Shown here piece after piece: positions 23,411 through 36,580 of a stretch of DNA of 64,000 bases (its first letter is position 1; every line of letters starts with the position of its first letter). The notes beneath the pieces are model-generated. The model was given only the letters and a program-made list of their open reading frames with translations. It was not told the origin of the DNA and made no database searches. The stretch lies in contig NW_025764940.1 in NCBI RefSeq assembly GCF_003918875.1, positions 186,001 to 250,000 on the forward strand, in the 5' to 3' direction. The stretch comes from Haliotis rubra (Eukaryota). The translations under genes were made by a program, and so were the position numbers.

Positions 23411-25127
23411 GGTTTTATTGAATGTAATTTATTGATACCTACGTCAGTGCACATGTCCAACTTATTCTGCCACAATGTGGGAAGCCCATTTCTGGTGTCC
23501 CCCCGCCGTGATATTGCTGGAATATTGCTAAAAGTGGCGTAAAACAATACTCACTCACTTCTTCTCCATCAGATTACGAATATAAGATCTAATGATAGCT
23601 AAAAAACAGACATTTGATACTATGATAAACCGAGATTTTTATACTTTGAACGGAAATTAGGTGAGATATATACTAAACAACATACAGATGTCATCTTTCT
23701 CCGGCGTTGTCAAATATTTACAACATACAACTAATGTGGTGTCGTATTTTCAGAAATGTCATTACATTTGAAAATACGGCTCGATCTCTGTTAATAAGGA
23801 TGCAACGTTAGTCAAAATACATCTACATAATCAAGAGAGTTTGGGAATCTAACAACTAATTTCTAGGTAGATAGGAACACCATTTAGCTATTACCTCCTT
23901 TCTCATGTGCGATTTCCTAATTCATTATAATTTGTGATAATACCTAAACGCATCCGGTTACAATGTGGATTTTTGTATTGAAACAGATTGGATCATCGTG
24001 TGTATATGTGTGGGGGGGGGGCTTACGTCAAGCCATTTTTAACATTGAACGTAGAAAGTTATACATAAGCATACAAATCCATTTCATATATTGTTATGTC
24101 GTTCAGATATCACGCAGTATTTCATTCGCACAAAGTTTCATTAAAGATGCCAAATAAAGAAATCGTCGCGCTGTAAACGGAGACATTTACTGCTTTTCAA
24201 TGCAGTAGATTGCGGACAACCTTTAACAAAGTCTACTTTCCAAACAGTCTGTGTATTGGTGCTTCAAATTTACATCATCGGATAGGAAATTAAATACTCT
24301 ACATATCTGTGTTATAGCCGTATCTAGAAGCAGGGCATCACTAACGCAATTGTTGCTCAACGTTCATTTTTCACAACTTCAGAGAAAATAAACCTCGGCA
24401 TCCATGGGGTTAAGTCTTCTGTGCACTGCGTTGTATATTTCATTTTAAAATAAATCTGCTAGATCCCATGGACACATCTTTTTGTAGAGATATGAATGGA
24501 ATCCTCTCTGCAAGGAAAATCTGTAAATTATGACATAAAAGCAGATAAATTTAATATACATTAAGTGTGATTCACCCAAAGTACGAGCGCGCGAAACGGG
24601 AGGCGAGAGTGAGTATTGCGTACCGCTAATGAAGAATGTCCTCCGATACGGACTATAGAAATTTGGCGCATGCGCACAACATGTCAACATGTCAGCTTGC
24701 TATCGTTAAAACAAGACCTCAACGGGTTTCAGGCCCATTAATATCTAAATGTATGATCACAAAAATATGACAGTTAGGTGTATGTATAGGGAAATTATCT
24801 GTGAGTTCATCGATATCGACTTTTCAGTCAAAAACCCACAGGAAATATATTTAAAAAATCTAAAAAAATACGAGGGGTAATCGGCCACTAGAATCTGAAT
24901 AGGATTTATGAAGGTGGTGTTCTCGGCCGCGATGCAGGGTCATGTCTTGACTGTATAGGACCGCATCCCGCCTTTTGGCTAGCAGTAGGCCTACTTATAT
25001 TTATAATAGTTAATGTCTTGGGCGCAAATAGATCTTAGTTACGGTCCAAAGTCGCCATAAAGCTATATCACCACCACCAAGATATATCCATGTCAGTTTT
25101 GAAAAAGGTAAATTCCGATTTAAGAAA

Positions 25128-25284
25128 NNNNNNNNNNNNNNNNNNNNNNNNNNNNNNNNNNNNNNNNNNNNNNNNNNNNNNNNNNNNNNNNNNNNNNNNN
25201 NNNNNNNNNNNNNNNNNNNNNNNNNNNNNNNNNNNNNNNNNNNNNNNNNNNNNNNNNNNNNNNNNNNNNNNNNNNNNNNNNNNN
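25128..25284. other. Assembly gap (N run)
   Basis: Run of Ns. Confidence 0.99.
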
Positions 25285-25923
25285 GTAATCATTTGATTTG
25301 ATACACACTCGCTCTCATTAGTGGAGACAGACTCATCTTGCTGTAGGATGTCAGCTGACAAGGTACAAATTAACGTATTTTGTAGAAATATCTCATACAG
25401 ATAAGAAAAGATAGATCTAGCGTTTGTTGATAGGCGTGGTGGTAATAACACCTAGTAACACCTAAAAAGGAGAAATTCAGAATAATAGGTGTCGACCATT
25501 ATTTCGATCACAGCACGTGAGATGGAACATCCGCCCCAGACTGACCGAACAACTTGTAATAGCTTTCCTTTATAAACAAACGGCACGGTTTTTATATTTT
25601 CCTCTTGATATCCCAATACTGCATTATTCACCAACTTTTTTTTCTCTCGGGATGGACCAATAACCATTCCCTAAACTGTCTGTCGAAACATTTGTGTTTA
25701 ATTCAACAGTGTATATACATTATATGGAGAATTTCAAAACTGTCATTGATAATGCATATCCATGAATCCGCTATGGTTGAAATGAAGCTGACAAAAATTA
25801 TCTTAGTTGTCACACTGTGCAATTAGAAATATCACTAACCCGGAATGGAATTGTCCAGATTAATACATATTCGGATTAAATAACAAGGGTAGGTAAATGT
25901 AGCAATAAGTCATAATGGTTTAA

Positions 25924-26190
25924 TCATAATGGTTTATCCCCCAGAACTACAGGTTTCCGGATAAACGGGATCCAGACAACCCAGGTTTTATTTACATTTA
26001 GTGTATATTCCGTGTAAATATTATTATTGTCAATATGATCCTCACTTTCAGAATTATCAATAGACCCAACCATATAATCATCATCATCATCAAAATCAGA
26101 ATTGTCCAAATCCGAAGAGTCGGTGTCACTTTCAACAATCATACCTAAAGCCTGAGCAGTTGTGTATCGCGCTTGATGTCTTGCCGTCTT
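25924..26190 (-). pseudogene. Decayed acidic N-terminal exon resembling the start of a DNA-transposon ORF (piggyBac-like)
   Basis: After an acceptor (ttgtaatag) the frame reads (ACG)ARHQARYTTAQALGMIVESDTDSSDLDNSDFDDDDDY; ACG sits in an aagA(C/T)GGC start context. A further exon-like piece at about 25290-25355 runs into the gap. Confidence 0.35.
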
Positions 26191-28600
26191 GGTTTCAAAC
26201 TATTACAAATATAAAACCGATTAATATTGAAATCAAAGCTGTTGTTGTCTATGAATGTACTGGTAGGATGCAATATGCTGGATGAAAATTGCAGTTAAGC
26301 ATGTGACAGTACCAGAAAACCTTCCACACGTTTGACAATATCTGCTGGGGTCCCCAAATAACTTTTCAAATTAATATTTTTGCAAGAGAGGTCAACAGAA
26401 TGATACTTTGTGTATTTAATGGCAATACGATGAGTGACAACTACCTAATATATCAACCAAATATGATCAGTCGTTTCGAAAAGAATAGGGAATGCATACC
26501 GCTGGTGTCCGCATGGACCCAACGTGTACTACTTAGGGTTAATATTTTGATTGCGTCAATGGCAACTGTAAACAGACGTTTCCATATGAGGTAAGCTGAT
26601 AAATAAATTCGCTCTCTTCTGACTCGATTTATGTATCTGTACAATGCTACATTTATAAGATTTTAAAGGGGTTTTAGCTATTGTGAACACATCTGTTCAG
26701 ACTCTCCTGTTTTGGGTGAACAGCTATGTATGATATTGTCACCACATTTCTTAACCAATCGCTAACCGCGTACCGTTGTGTTACACATAAAGTAATGCTG
26801 ATAAGTTTCACATCCATACGTGACAGCTTTCGCTCAGGTCACGTACTGACTGAATTAGCATAGGATGTGCTTGTTTCAGACACTCCTGTTTTTTGTCTTG
26901 AGGCAAATGTGGTGACAACGTTCTCCTCGTATCGATCGCTGTTACAGGTCATTGGCTCCCTCCCTCTGCAAGCTGTCTGCGTTCTGCTGTTTATTTTGTT
27001 GACAGTTACATAGACAGATTCTTTAATACAAATGCATAAAATCGGTGATTTACAATGTGATTAGGTTGTCTGACAAAACATCCACTTGCACAGTTTGAGA
27101 TAGATTGGGTCATTGGATGAAGCGATATTTACAAAAAAAACGGGTCCACATGCATTTCATGCCAAACTATAGTTGCCACCGCTAGGGAGTCGCGTGATAT
27201 CATGCTCATTAATTCTCGGTATTTTCCGGAATACGAGTAGGTTGTTCCAGATATTGCATTATGGTATTTTTTTCACGCTACTCGAATTAATATGCTTTAG
27301 AAATGATTGGGTTTTTCACAATGTGTCGTGTGTAAGATCCTGTACCCATGCGAATTGTGTTACATTGATATCTCTTAATGTGTTATCTATAAATAGCGAC
27401 TTGGGAAGTCGCAGGCTTTTCTCCTTGAGAATTCTAAATCCTGTCCATATTTCACGGAAACATTTGTAGATACGGTGCGTCTAGTCACAGTGAGTAATGA
27501 TTGTATGTTTGAGTTTGATTTGCTTGGCTTTTTGAGGTAGATATAAAGGTGGACACTTACCCTGACATGTCCAATAGTGTGTCAAACTGACATGGTAATG
27601 CATAGTTTTCGTGTACAGGTTGTTCAGGTTGACCTGAGCTACTCTACATATGAATGGCGCGGGAGGTCAAATGGCACAAACGGCAGGTCGAGGTATCTTC
27701 ATTAAATAGGGGGATTAGAGAATGTTACACGGCGACCTTGTGTCGGCTGTTCTGACATGTTGACAATCAACTGACAAAGGTGCACCCCGTCACAATAATA
27801 GACCAAACCTGTTGTGACACGATCACGCAATGCATTAGTATTCACTTGATCAGGTCAAGTTGAACAGGCTATTTACATATATAGTCTCTACGCTTTGCTG
27901 GTGGTACCAATTTATTTCATAACAACATGTTAAATGCATGAAACATACACGATGGTAATGCTACACTGTTGATTGAAATTTATGACAGTACTAATTTGCC
28001 TTAGTGACAGACGTTTTGATTTATTAAATGTCAAACTGACAAAGAAATACATTTGATACTCTAGTAGTACCAATATGAATCTATGGGGATACAATACGGG
28101 ACTATGAAAGGTTATCTTATGTCTAAAATGTGCACTTATATTGTATTAGAAAACTGATTCCAGGTAAAGAAAATCCACTCCATTATTTATGCTATAGGGA
28201 GGAGGAAGGAAGTCTTTATATATCATACTAATGTGTAAAGTGACTAAGTACTGGTCAAACTTATTAACTGGTAAATCATATACTATGATTTGTTTTCTTG
28301 TATATACTTTATCATACATAAATAATACTGTTTACAATGCACCATGTGGATGGTTCGTATACATTAAAATGTGTTTATACAAACCGGTAATAATATATGG
28401 GAAAGCCATCTGCTTATCAAATGTGTATTTACATGATAAAGTATACCGTTATCTTGAAAGCCACTATATTCAGAAACAGAAATCTAAAAGGAAATTTGTT
28501 TCATCTAAACCAATTTTTATAAAGTAGTTAACAGTTACATTGAATTTGAAAATTATTGCGTATTATCTTGATAGTTTTTATGTCTGTTAAACTGAAGATC

Positions 28601-28638
<38 letters not shown>

Positions 28639-28944
28639 CTGACTGGGTACAACTAGTTCACATTTATATTATCTTGAGAGGAGCTAGTACTGTAATATGC
28701 TTGTGTTGTGCGGACACATGGCGCCAGACACCCCCAGATGTTACATTCATTCATTCATTACTTCATTCATTCATTCATTAAACTAATACAGTACAGAACA
28801 CGTAACAATTCCAATGATTTGCTACAGCATCGAATTTCCCATGAAATCAGTTATTATAGCCCACTTCACCCCCAGGCTTATAGGTTATGGATAAACCGTG
28901 ATAAAATTTGTCAATCCATGTCATACATACTCTCGTTGGGCTGT

Positions 28945-29110
28945 AGGGGCGGTGGGGTTGCGTAGTGGTTATGTAAAGCCTTCGTACGTCTCGCCGAAGA
29001 CCCGGGTTTGATTCCCCACATAGGTACAATGTGTGAAGGCCATTTCTGGTGTCCCCCGCCGTGATAGTGTTGGAATATTTCTAACAGCGGCGTAAAACTA
29101 AACTCACTCA
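28945..29110 (+). mobile_element. SINE-A, full length
   Basis: Same consensus; TSD CTCGTTGGGCTGT at 28932-28944 / 29111-29123. Confidence 0.9.
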
Positions 29111-29509
29111 CTCGTTGGGCTGTTCCATAACCGTAATTTATACTTGTAGAACGTGAGCCGAATGTATGTTGCTTTCACAAAGTACGTAAATACGAAATCT
29201 GTGATGATCAATGTAGATAATAATGGATCATGTTAATAAAACCGCATAATAATAGAATATTGGTAATGAAGAGGCTACATTGGAAGCCTGCTAAAAACAT
29301 TCTTACCCCTGTCCCAGTATCAGGTCGAACTCCCCTGGGAATGCACCACCAAAGAGGATTAATAGTCACTTAACCGTTTCATCCTATCAGCTGAGTGAAC
29401 AGAGGCACATAATAGAACACAGGATGATAATAGAATTTGGCCAGTTTCTTTAGCATTGTTACATTAACTTTTTACTACCAATGTATCATTTTTACTACTA
29501 ATGCTAGGG

Positions 29510-29754
29510 CCCGTGAAGATCCGGGTTAGAATTGATTTTCAGTAACCCATGTTTTTAGTAAGAGACGATTAACGGGATCGGGTGCTCAGACTCGCTGACT
29601 GGCTCGATACATGTCATCGGTTCCCAATTGCGTAGACCGATGCTCATGCTGTCGACCACTTGATTGTCTGGTCGAGACTCGATTATTTACAGACCGCCGT
29701 CATATTGCTGGAATATTGGTGAGTGCGGCGTAAAACTCAACTCGCTCACTCACT
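29510..29754 (+). mobile_element. SINE-B-like retroposon (about 240 bp; core CCCATGCTTGTCGTAAGAGGCGACTAACGGGATCGGG)
   Basis: Dispersed copies at about 33900-34118(+), 45829-46058(+), 51493-51655(+), 48910-49072(+), 52865-53020(+), 17714-17950(-), 18800-19022(-), 51055-51255(-), 1998-2168(-) and 32912-32978(-). The 3' tail GCTGGAATATTGCTGAGTGCGGCGT is shared with SINE-A. Confidence 0.8.
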
Positions 29755-32441
29755 AAGGATATATTTTTAGTGTTTCAGCTTACAAATGGAAGAACGAAAT
29801 ACAAAGTATAATGATAGGCATTGATTTATGTATTTTCTACAACTACTACATTGCAAAAGATAATGAAATTAGTAAACCATATCAGCACTATTACAGAGTG
29901 TACAGTTCCGTCCAAGTTACATTTATCCATCGTCCGGTTTCTACAGGAAGTCGGTGACAGGATCTTAAGTTTAACAGACATAAAAACTATCTAGATAATA
30001 CGCAATAATTTTCAAATTCAATATAACTGTTAAACAAATTTCCATTTAGATTTCTGTTTCTGAACATAGTGGCTTTCAAGATAACGGTATACTTTATCAT
30101 GTAAAAACACATTTGATAAGCAGATGGCTTTCCCATATATTATTACCGGTTTGTATAGACACATTTTAATGAACCCAGTCAGCCCTATATATATATATAT
30201 ATATGGCATATATATATATAGGGCTGACTGGGTACAGCCAATAAATAAGTATTACCAAGCTGACAGTGTACAACAATAACATACGAAATAGGATCGAAGA
30301 ATTACACGTGAAGTACGCGTTAATGTGAAAAGGAAGGCGAGTTACAAGATAAAGTGTTGATTACCCGGAAGCAGGTGTAGCAACGATATAGAGGATGGCA
30401 TGAATTTCCTGCTGGACTGTCTCTTTCATTATGATGTTTAGCTGACTGTAAAACAACTCTTGAGTGAGTGAGTGAATATTGTTTATCACAGTTTTGCAGC
30501 TGTTTGCTGCTAAACAATACTGGAAGTGTAAATGGCTTCAGTTGGATCAATTCAGGATTACAAAGATTATGTATTATCGTGGTGATTCTACTTTTGTTTC
30601 GGTGCCAGTGTGTCCCTGGTGTGTTGATTTAATTAAGTATAGTTTTTAGCACCGGCATGAATTATTTTCTCTTTCAGTAACACTGACGTGGTCCAATCGT
30701 GGTACATATAATTTTGCTCCTTAAATGCTAATTATTATGTGTGGTAATATTATGTCTCTTCTGTGCAGCAACTTCATTTCGAATATCATTGTGATCGTGA
30801 GACGAATATCAAGTTGGTTAAAACATGTTTGTAATAATATCAAAACAATCTTTAAAGCAATGATGTAATTGTGGAATGCTATGTGCATAAAACATATATT
30901 TCGTGATCTATATCATGGTCAACTATCTCAAAAGGCCTACTGGGTAACTTTTGTACAACCGTATCGGTCTCTTAAAAATCATTGTACTTAATGTTTACAA
31001 CAGGTGGAATGTTAATCAGCACATTTTCTTTCTCCGTTTGTTTTTGCATTTCTCTCTCCAGTATGGACTACATGGTTCATGGTTACCTAATTTACTAAAT
31101 GGGCAGAATAATCTGATGTACCTCCAGTTTATGATGGCATGATTGCAATTTAATCCTGATAACCTGGTTTACAACATAGTCATGTTTACCCGACTTACAA
31201 TAATAATGATCTTGATAAGGTGTTTTAACTACATAATCATGATTACCTGGTTTACAAAACTAACTACTGGGTTTTCTGGTTTATGGATCACTTGTCAAGA
31301 TTGTTTATAAGATTGTGTATGTTAACTGAAGTTCCATTGTGACATGCCAACGTTGTGCATTTCGTCATGCTAACGGTGCAAGTCCTTTTGCGCTTTGTGC
31401 ATTTTGTTGCAAACCTTTTGCTTAGTCATTAATCTGTATTTATACATGGGTTTTACACTATTAGAGGTTTACCCACGAAAAAATCTTGACGGCTGATGAA
31501 AGAAAAATATCAGAGTGAATGTGTTGCGTGAACATTGCATCCCGGTTGACCTCAGGAACGTAACTTTGCACGGCGAATCTCCATGTGATTTTATGTAGTA
31601 AGGATGTCTTCAATATCTCACCGGCTGGTTCAGAAAGACTGGTTTTCATTCATAGTCCCTGTTGGAGACAGATTGACACACAATATGACACACAATATGT
31701 TTATGCAACAGCTGTACATGTCGCACTGTTTAAGGTGCTTGTCATAACAAATATTTTTGACAATAGTCACACAAAAGAACATCAAATATTGACACATTAT
31801 CTTTCAATGCTACTTCTCGAATTGGCTTTTGATGTAGCAAATGGCACACGGTAGGATAAGATTATTATGAATATTATATTTTCACAACTGTTTTTATGCA
31901 ACTTTGAGATCAAACTCATAGATCTAAAGTGAATTTTTTTCCTCCGGGAGGTAATGTTTTATCACAAATACATTACGGTGTGTGTTCGTTACCAAGACGA
32001 CTGGCCACAAAAAACATTGCCTCTTGAGATCTCTGGAAAGAACACATGCCACTATGCAGAGGTACAGATAAGCTGTGTACCTCCGTAAATTACGCAAATA
32101 TTTATGTGAAAACTCAGTTCTTATTAAGTCAGTTGCCTACAAGTACACTTGAATTTTTGCTTGCGTACCGGTGCATAGATAAAATAACTGAGGTAAATTG
32201 GGAGGTTCTATTTCAACACATGAACTTGGCAACTTGCGGTCTTGATTATCGTTCCTCATATTACAGATCCAATATAAATACCATTTAAACTTTATTATAT
32301 ATTTACGATTAAGGGGACTGACATCAAACATGTTTCTCTTCAGCATAATCCCGAAATAATTGCACAGAGGGTTACAACGCCTTAAAAGACAAGTCAGGAC
32401 GTGTTCATGGCTGTTTAAATGAACGTTTTGTTTGTTGCAGA

Positions 32442-34654
32442 ATGGATTGCATCGAAGGACATAAAGCGTTAAGAACGAAACAGCTTCAGCTGGCTGGCTG
32501 TGCTTCACTTCTGCTGTTGAACATAGCAGTGGGTATTACGGTTATATGCCGGGTGGTGTCCAACAACCAAGACACACAGGTTACGAACAACAGATTGATG
32601 CAAGAAATAAACAGGGTAAGAAGAAACCTTCAGCATGATTTGGAAACTCCAGAATATGTTACCAAGAATGTTAGGCGTATTTTTTTCTGTAAACCTGTTT
32701 TTAGCATTCATTTAATTGTTGGATATTTTCGACACCATACCGTGATCCACTCATTTTTTAAATATTTAAAGAATACCCTGTCTTGACAGCCCTCAGAAAC
32801 AAATTTATTTTGGTGTAAGGCGATAAATAGATGTGAAAATTCCATCAATGGATCAATGAATATCGGTAATAACACCGGGTGTCGTGACCAGCCCTACCGG
32901 TAAAGTATAAGTGAGTGAGTTTAGTTTTACGCCGCACTCATCAATATTCCAGCTATATGGCGGCGGTCTGTAGATAATCCATAGGATTTCTATACATAGT
33001 TTTGCTGCAAGCATCAATGATTTAATGTTCATTCAGTGTTGCAGATTTATGTTTGCATGCCATGATTCATTCAGTTTGTAAATATAAAACGCTTGTGCCA
33101 AAGAATACCTAGTCTTAAATATCCTCACATAAAGATTTCTGTTTGGTGTAAAGAGATAACTAGGTGTAAAACGTCCATGAATGAATTACTTACTACAGGT
33201 ATTCAAGAATAGGTTAAGCATGTCAGACCCTACAGCTAAACTAAGGCACCAGTTTGATCATTTTACAGATATACGATGAGCAACTGGAGAAAATGAATGA
33301 TGATGATAATGGTGATTCCAAACGTAAAGGTGAGCAGATTAAATCATAACAATTCTTATTTTCTAATCGGATATATCCAACACATTCACCTGCCCAGTTT
33401 GTATTGGAAATAAACATGTTAAAGGTTTTCTACCGTCGCAAAAGCTGATAGAAATAATGAGTTCAAAGACGAGTGAGTGAGTCTGGTTTTATGCCGCTTT
33501 TAGAAATGTTCCATCAATATCAAGGCGGGGGACACCAGAAAAGGGCTTCACACGTTGTATCCATGTGAATCGGTCCCTGACCTTCGGCGTGACGAGCGAG
33601 CTCTTTAACCACTGGGCTACCCCACCGCCCCGTTCAAAGACGGAGCTGTGTTGTTGACTGATATGTTATGATGACTGTCCTACAATTGCCTCTGCCTGTG
33701 TATTGACAGCTATGTTTATACATATTACAGGTGGAAGGAAACCGACCATGTCGCCAGCCTTCTTGAACCTCCTGAAACCTATAGCATACTTTACTGGACT
33801 GGACTTCGATCGATACATTGGTAAGACATTCATTTCATCCTACCTATCCACATACGTTCGATCTGCAGTACTTATATGACATTTATAATGACATAAGTGG
33901 CGTGAAGATCCGGATCAGAATTGGTCTTCAGAAGTCCACGCTTATCTCAAGAGGCGATTAACGGGATCGGGTGGCCACGCTCGCTGACCTGGTTGAGGCA
34001 CCTGGGCATCCCAGCTGCTTAGATCAATGCTCACTTGACTGTCTGGTCCAGACTCGATTACTTTCAGACCGCCGCCGTGTAGCTGCAATATTGCTGAGTG
34101 CGGCTTCAACAACAAACAAAAACTCAAATATAGCGAACGGTAAGTTTTCAGGGTGTGTGTTTATCTCACTGCAATTAAGGAATTACAAGCAATAACTCCA
34201 CCAATTCTATGAACAATTTATCATTCCAGAGAATCAACATGACACAGCCATAAGAAACTGGGTACCCTTCGTCGGACCTGGAGGGCGACAACTGAAGTAC
34301 AATGGAATGCAGTATGAGCATGGCAGCATCATAGTTCCCGCCACGGGTGTGTATGCTGTGTACAGCCATGTTAAATTTTACACAGAAAAAAATCGTCGGG
34401 GAGACACCGAAATTGAGTTTCACCATTCCATAATGAGGTACAATGCATTAAAACAGACGAGTAAACCTGCACTTGCTGACACAATGTCTGAGAATAAGAA
34501 CGACGTCATTGACGGAGGCTCTCTGGAATACTCCAGTAACATCCATGGACTCCTGCAGCTCAATGCTGGGGATCAGCTGCTTGTTAAAGTATCACATCTG
34601 AAACCTCTACAGCACGACCGGGACTGGCATTACTTTGGAGCATACATGATTTAA
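32442..34654 (+). CDS. TNF-superfamily ligand paralog 3; about 249 aa; exons 32442-32615, 33269-33329, 33731-33820, 34230-34654
   Basis: GT-AG introns with phases 0,1,1. Exon 3 (90 nt) and exon 4 (425 nt) are identical in length to those of paralog 2. TM LAGCASLLLLNIAVGITVI; LKPIAYFTG; IRNWVPF...GSIIVPATGVYAVYSHVKF...LNAGDQLLV...HYFGAYMI. Confidence 0.9.
33472..33631 (-). mobile_element. SINE-A in intron 2 of TNF paralog 3
   Basis: Same consensus; TSD GTTCAAAGACG at 33461-33471 / 33632-33642. Confidence 0.9.
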
Positions 34655-35033
34655 AACATCTCGGCAATCTGGGCGGTTGTCGATATGTAAAAAATATCAT
34701 GTGTTTTTCCTTATGGTGAATGCTTGAAATTCTAATTTTAGCAGTGTAGCTGCTGTACATTGTATATGAAGAGATGGTGACGGTGTCCATAGACTTCATC
34801 CTTTAGAGGGCGTTAACGATGTATTCAAACTCTACTTTGATGAAGACAGAATGCCTTTTAGTGAAGAGTCTAATACTTTGGTTAGATGAGTCCCATCCAG
34901 GATTCTAAACAACCATGTCAGAGTAAGCATCTATTCGCCAGCACACAAAGTCAACCATCTCACCCACTCAGCCACCGTGGTTTGTATTGAGATCGGACAG
35001 CTCCTACTGCCGTTACTAGAGGTGTGTGTATGC

Positions 35034-35065
<32 letters not shown>

Positions 35066-36354
35066 TTTTGCAATCTTGTGTTTTGAAATATACGAAGGTT
35101 ACATAAACGGATGTATTTAGGTTGTAAATGCTTGGAAAGTAATTCAATTACAATGCAATAACACCTTCAATGGCAATGATATATTCGTTTTCAGACATTT
35201 ATGCTTTATATCAGTTGTACATAATTTTACATGCATAGATTCTTTCTATATATTTTTGCAATAAATGTTATTTCTTTCGTAAGAAATCCAGTATGTTCAA
35301 TGATTTCACCAATAATAACTTACTGCTTGAACAGTGCTATTTGGTTCAGAAATCGGCGGGCACATGTAATCGTTTTGCGATAACCCAGTGTGTTTGGCCA
35401 CACAAAAGAAGAACTATTTCTGGGCATCGGGTAGTTTCACTGTGGAGAATAGGTTTATCTTAACTTTGAAGATGACACATTTCTACTGGATGAACATCTA
35501 GTAACGGATGTTTTCATGACTTTAAAGTAAACCAAACAATCCTGGACGTATTGCAAGCCAGGTTCTATGGACGGGGTGGAACCAACTTAAGGTTTTACTC
35601 AAATTTCAAACTGAGTTTGACAATTTGAAACAGCTGAATTGTTAACTCAACTGCATTTTTTAAATAAAGAAAAGCCCATCAACTTTAGTAATCTATCCAC
35701 GAAACTCAAATTGTCTACTAAGTTTGGGTTTAATACTGATTTCAGTTTATTCTGGGAAATGCATTTTCCTGCGTTTTCTCAAATTTTGAGTAAAACACTG
35801 ACTTAAGTTTGGTTCGAGAAATCGGGGACCAGGTAGTTGAGACCTGGTTTTAAATTGAGTAATATACATAAAGAACTTCATTACGCACCACATGTATTTT
35901 TGCAATGATAGGTTTTCAAGACATACATAAAACTTGCGGTAATCCCATAAAACGTGTGGTGACCACAATGGAAAAACATGAGTTTCTTCTGATCCTTTGA
36001 TTCATAAAAAAGACAAAATGAACAATGATCATTTATCAATGTCAACCACATACAAAGAACTTAATCAAGCACCCCCTGTATTTTTGCACTGATAGGTTTT
36101 CAACACCTACATAGAACCTTTCGTGGTGGCCACGATAGAAAAACATGAGTTTTTCTGACCCGTGTGATCCTTTGACCAACCAACAAGCCAACAAAATGAT
36201 TGGAATCCCAGCTAATTTTATGATGATAATTGCTCATTTAAACAAAAACAAACACTGATACAAAACCATGTCGGTACAGGCCCCGGAATGTGTAATGTTG
36301 ATTTTTATTGGTGAATGTAAACATTCAATATGTCATTTTGAGTGTCTTACACGA

Positions 36355-36580
36355 TTCAAGGTCAATACCGACCGTAACCTCCATGTGACTGTATGACAGC
36401 CATCACTGTCCTCCTCATACCCCATGTCAGCCTCCTGATCCTCCGACGGCCCAGTCTACGCCATTTCTGGTGTAAAGCAGCTTCCAACTGGGCCAGGTTC
36501 TGTACAGGAGGATCCTTTTGTTGCACTCATAGCCAATCATGTCCCAGAGAAGCGCCAAAGGGTTCAGATCGGAGCTTATT
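36355..36580 (-). mobile_element. Tc1 transposase C-terminal remnant
   Basis: The minus strand reads SDLNPLALLWDMIG, then after a frameshift DPPVQNLAQLEAALHQKWRRLGRRRIRRLTWGMRRTVMAVIQSHGGYGRY*, matching the Tc1 SPDLNPIE...GGxTxY end. Confidence 0.8.

Larger units (their letters stand above)
21044..24981. mobile_element. Non-autonomous DNA transposon with about 550-bp TIRs and a 9-bp TSD (Mutator/MULE-like)
   Basis: Near-identical inverted arms at about 21044-21594 and 24423-24981; direct repeat GCAGTAGGC at 21035-21043 and 24982-24990. Confidence 0.85.
28635..30186. mobile_element. DNA element with TIR AGGGCTGACTGGGT inserted in (TA)n
   Basis: Left end AGGGCTGACTGGGTAC follows (TA)n at 28603-28634; right end ACCCAGTCAGCCCT precedes (TA)n at about 30186; another left end starts at about 30220. 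Confidence 0.75.

Noticed and set aside
21336-24690. Duplicated small ORF MLTCCAHAPNFY... on opposite strands
   Set aside because: Both lie within the inverted arms of one transposon; there is no coding signature.
25068-25451. ORFs spanning the N run
   Set aside because: Open only because of the assembly gap.
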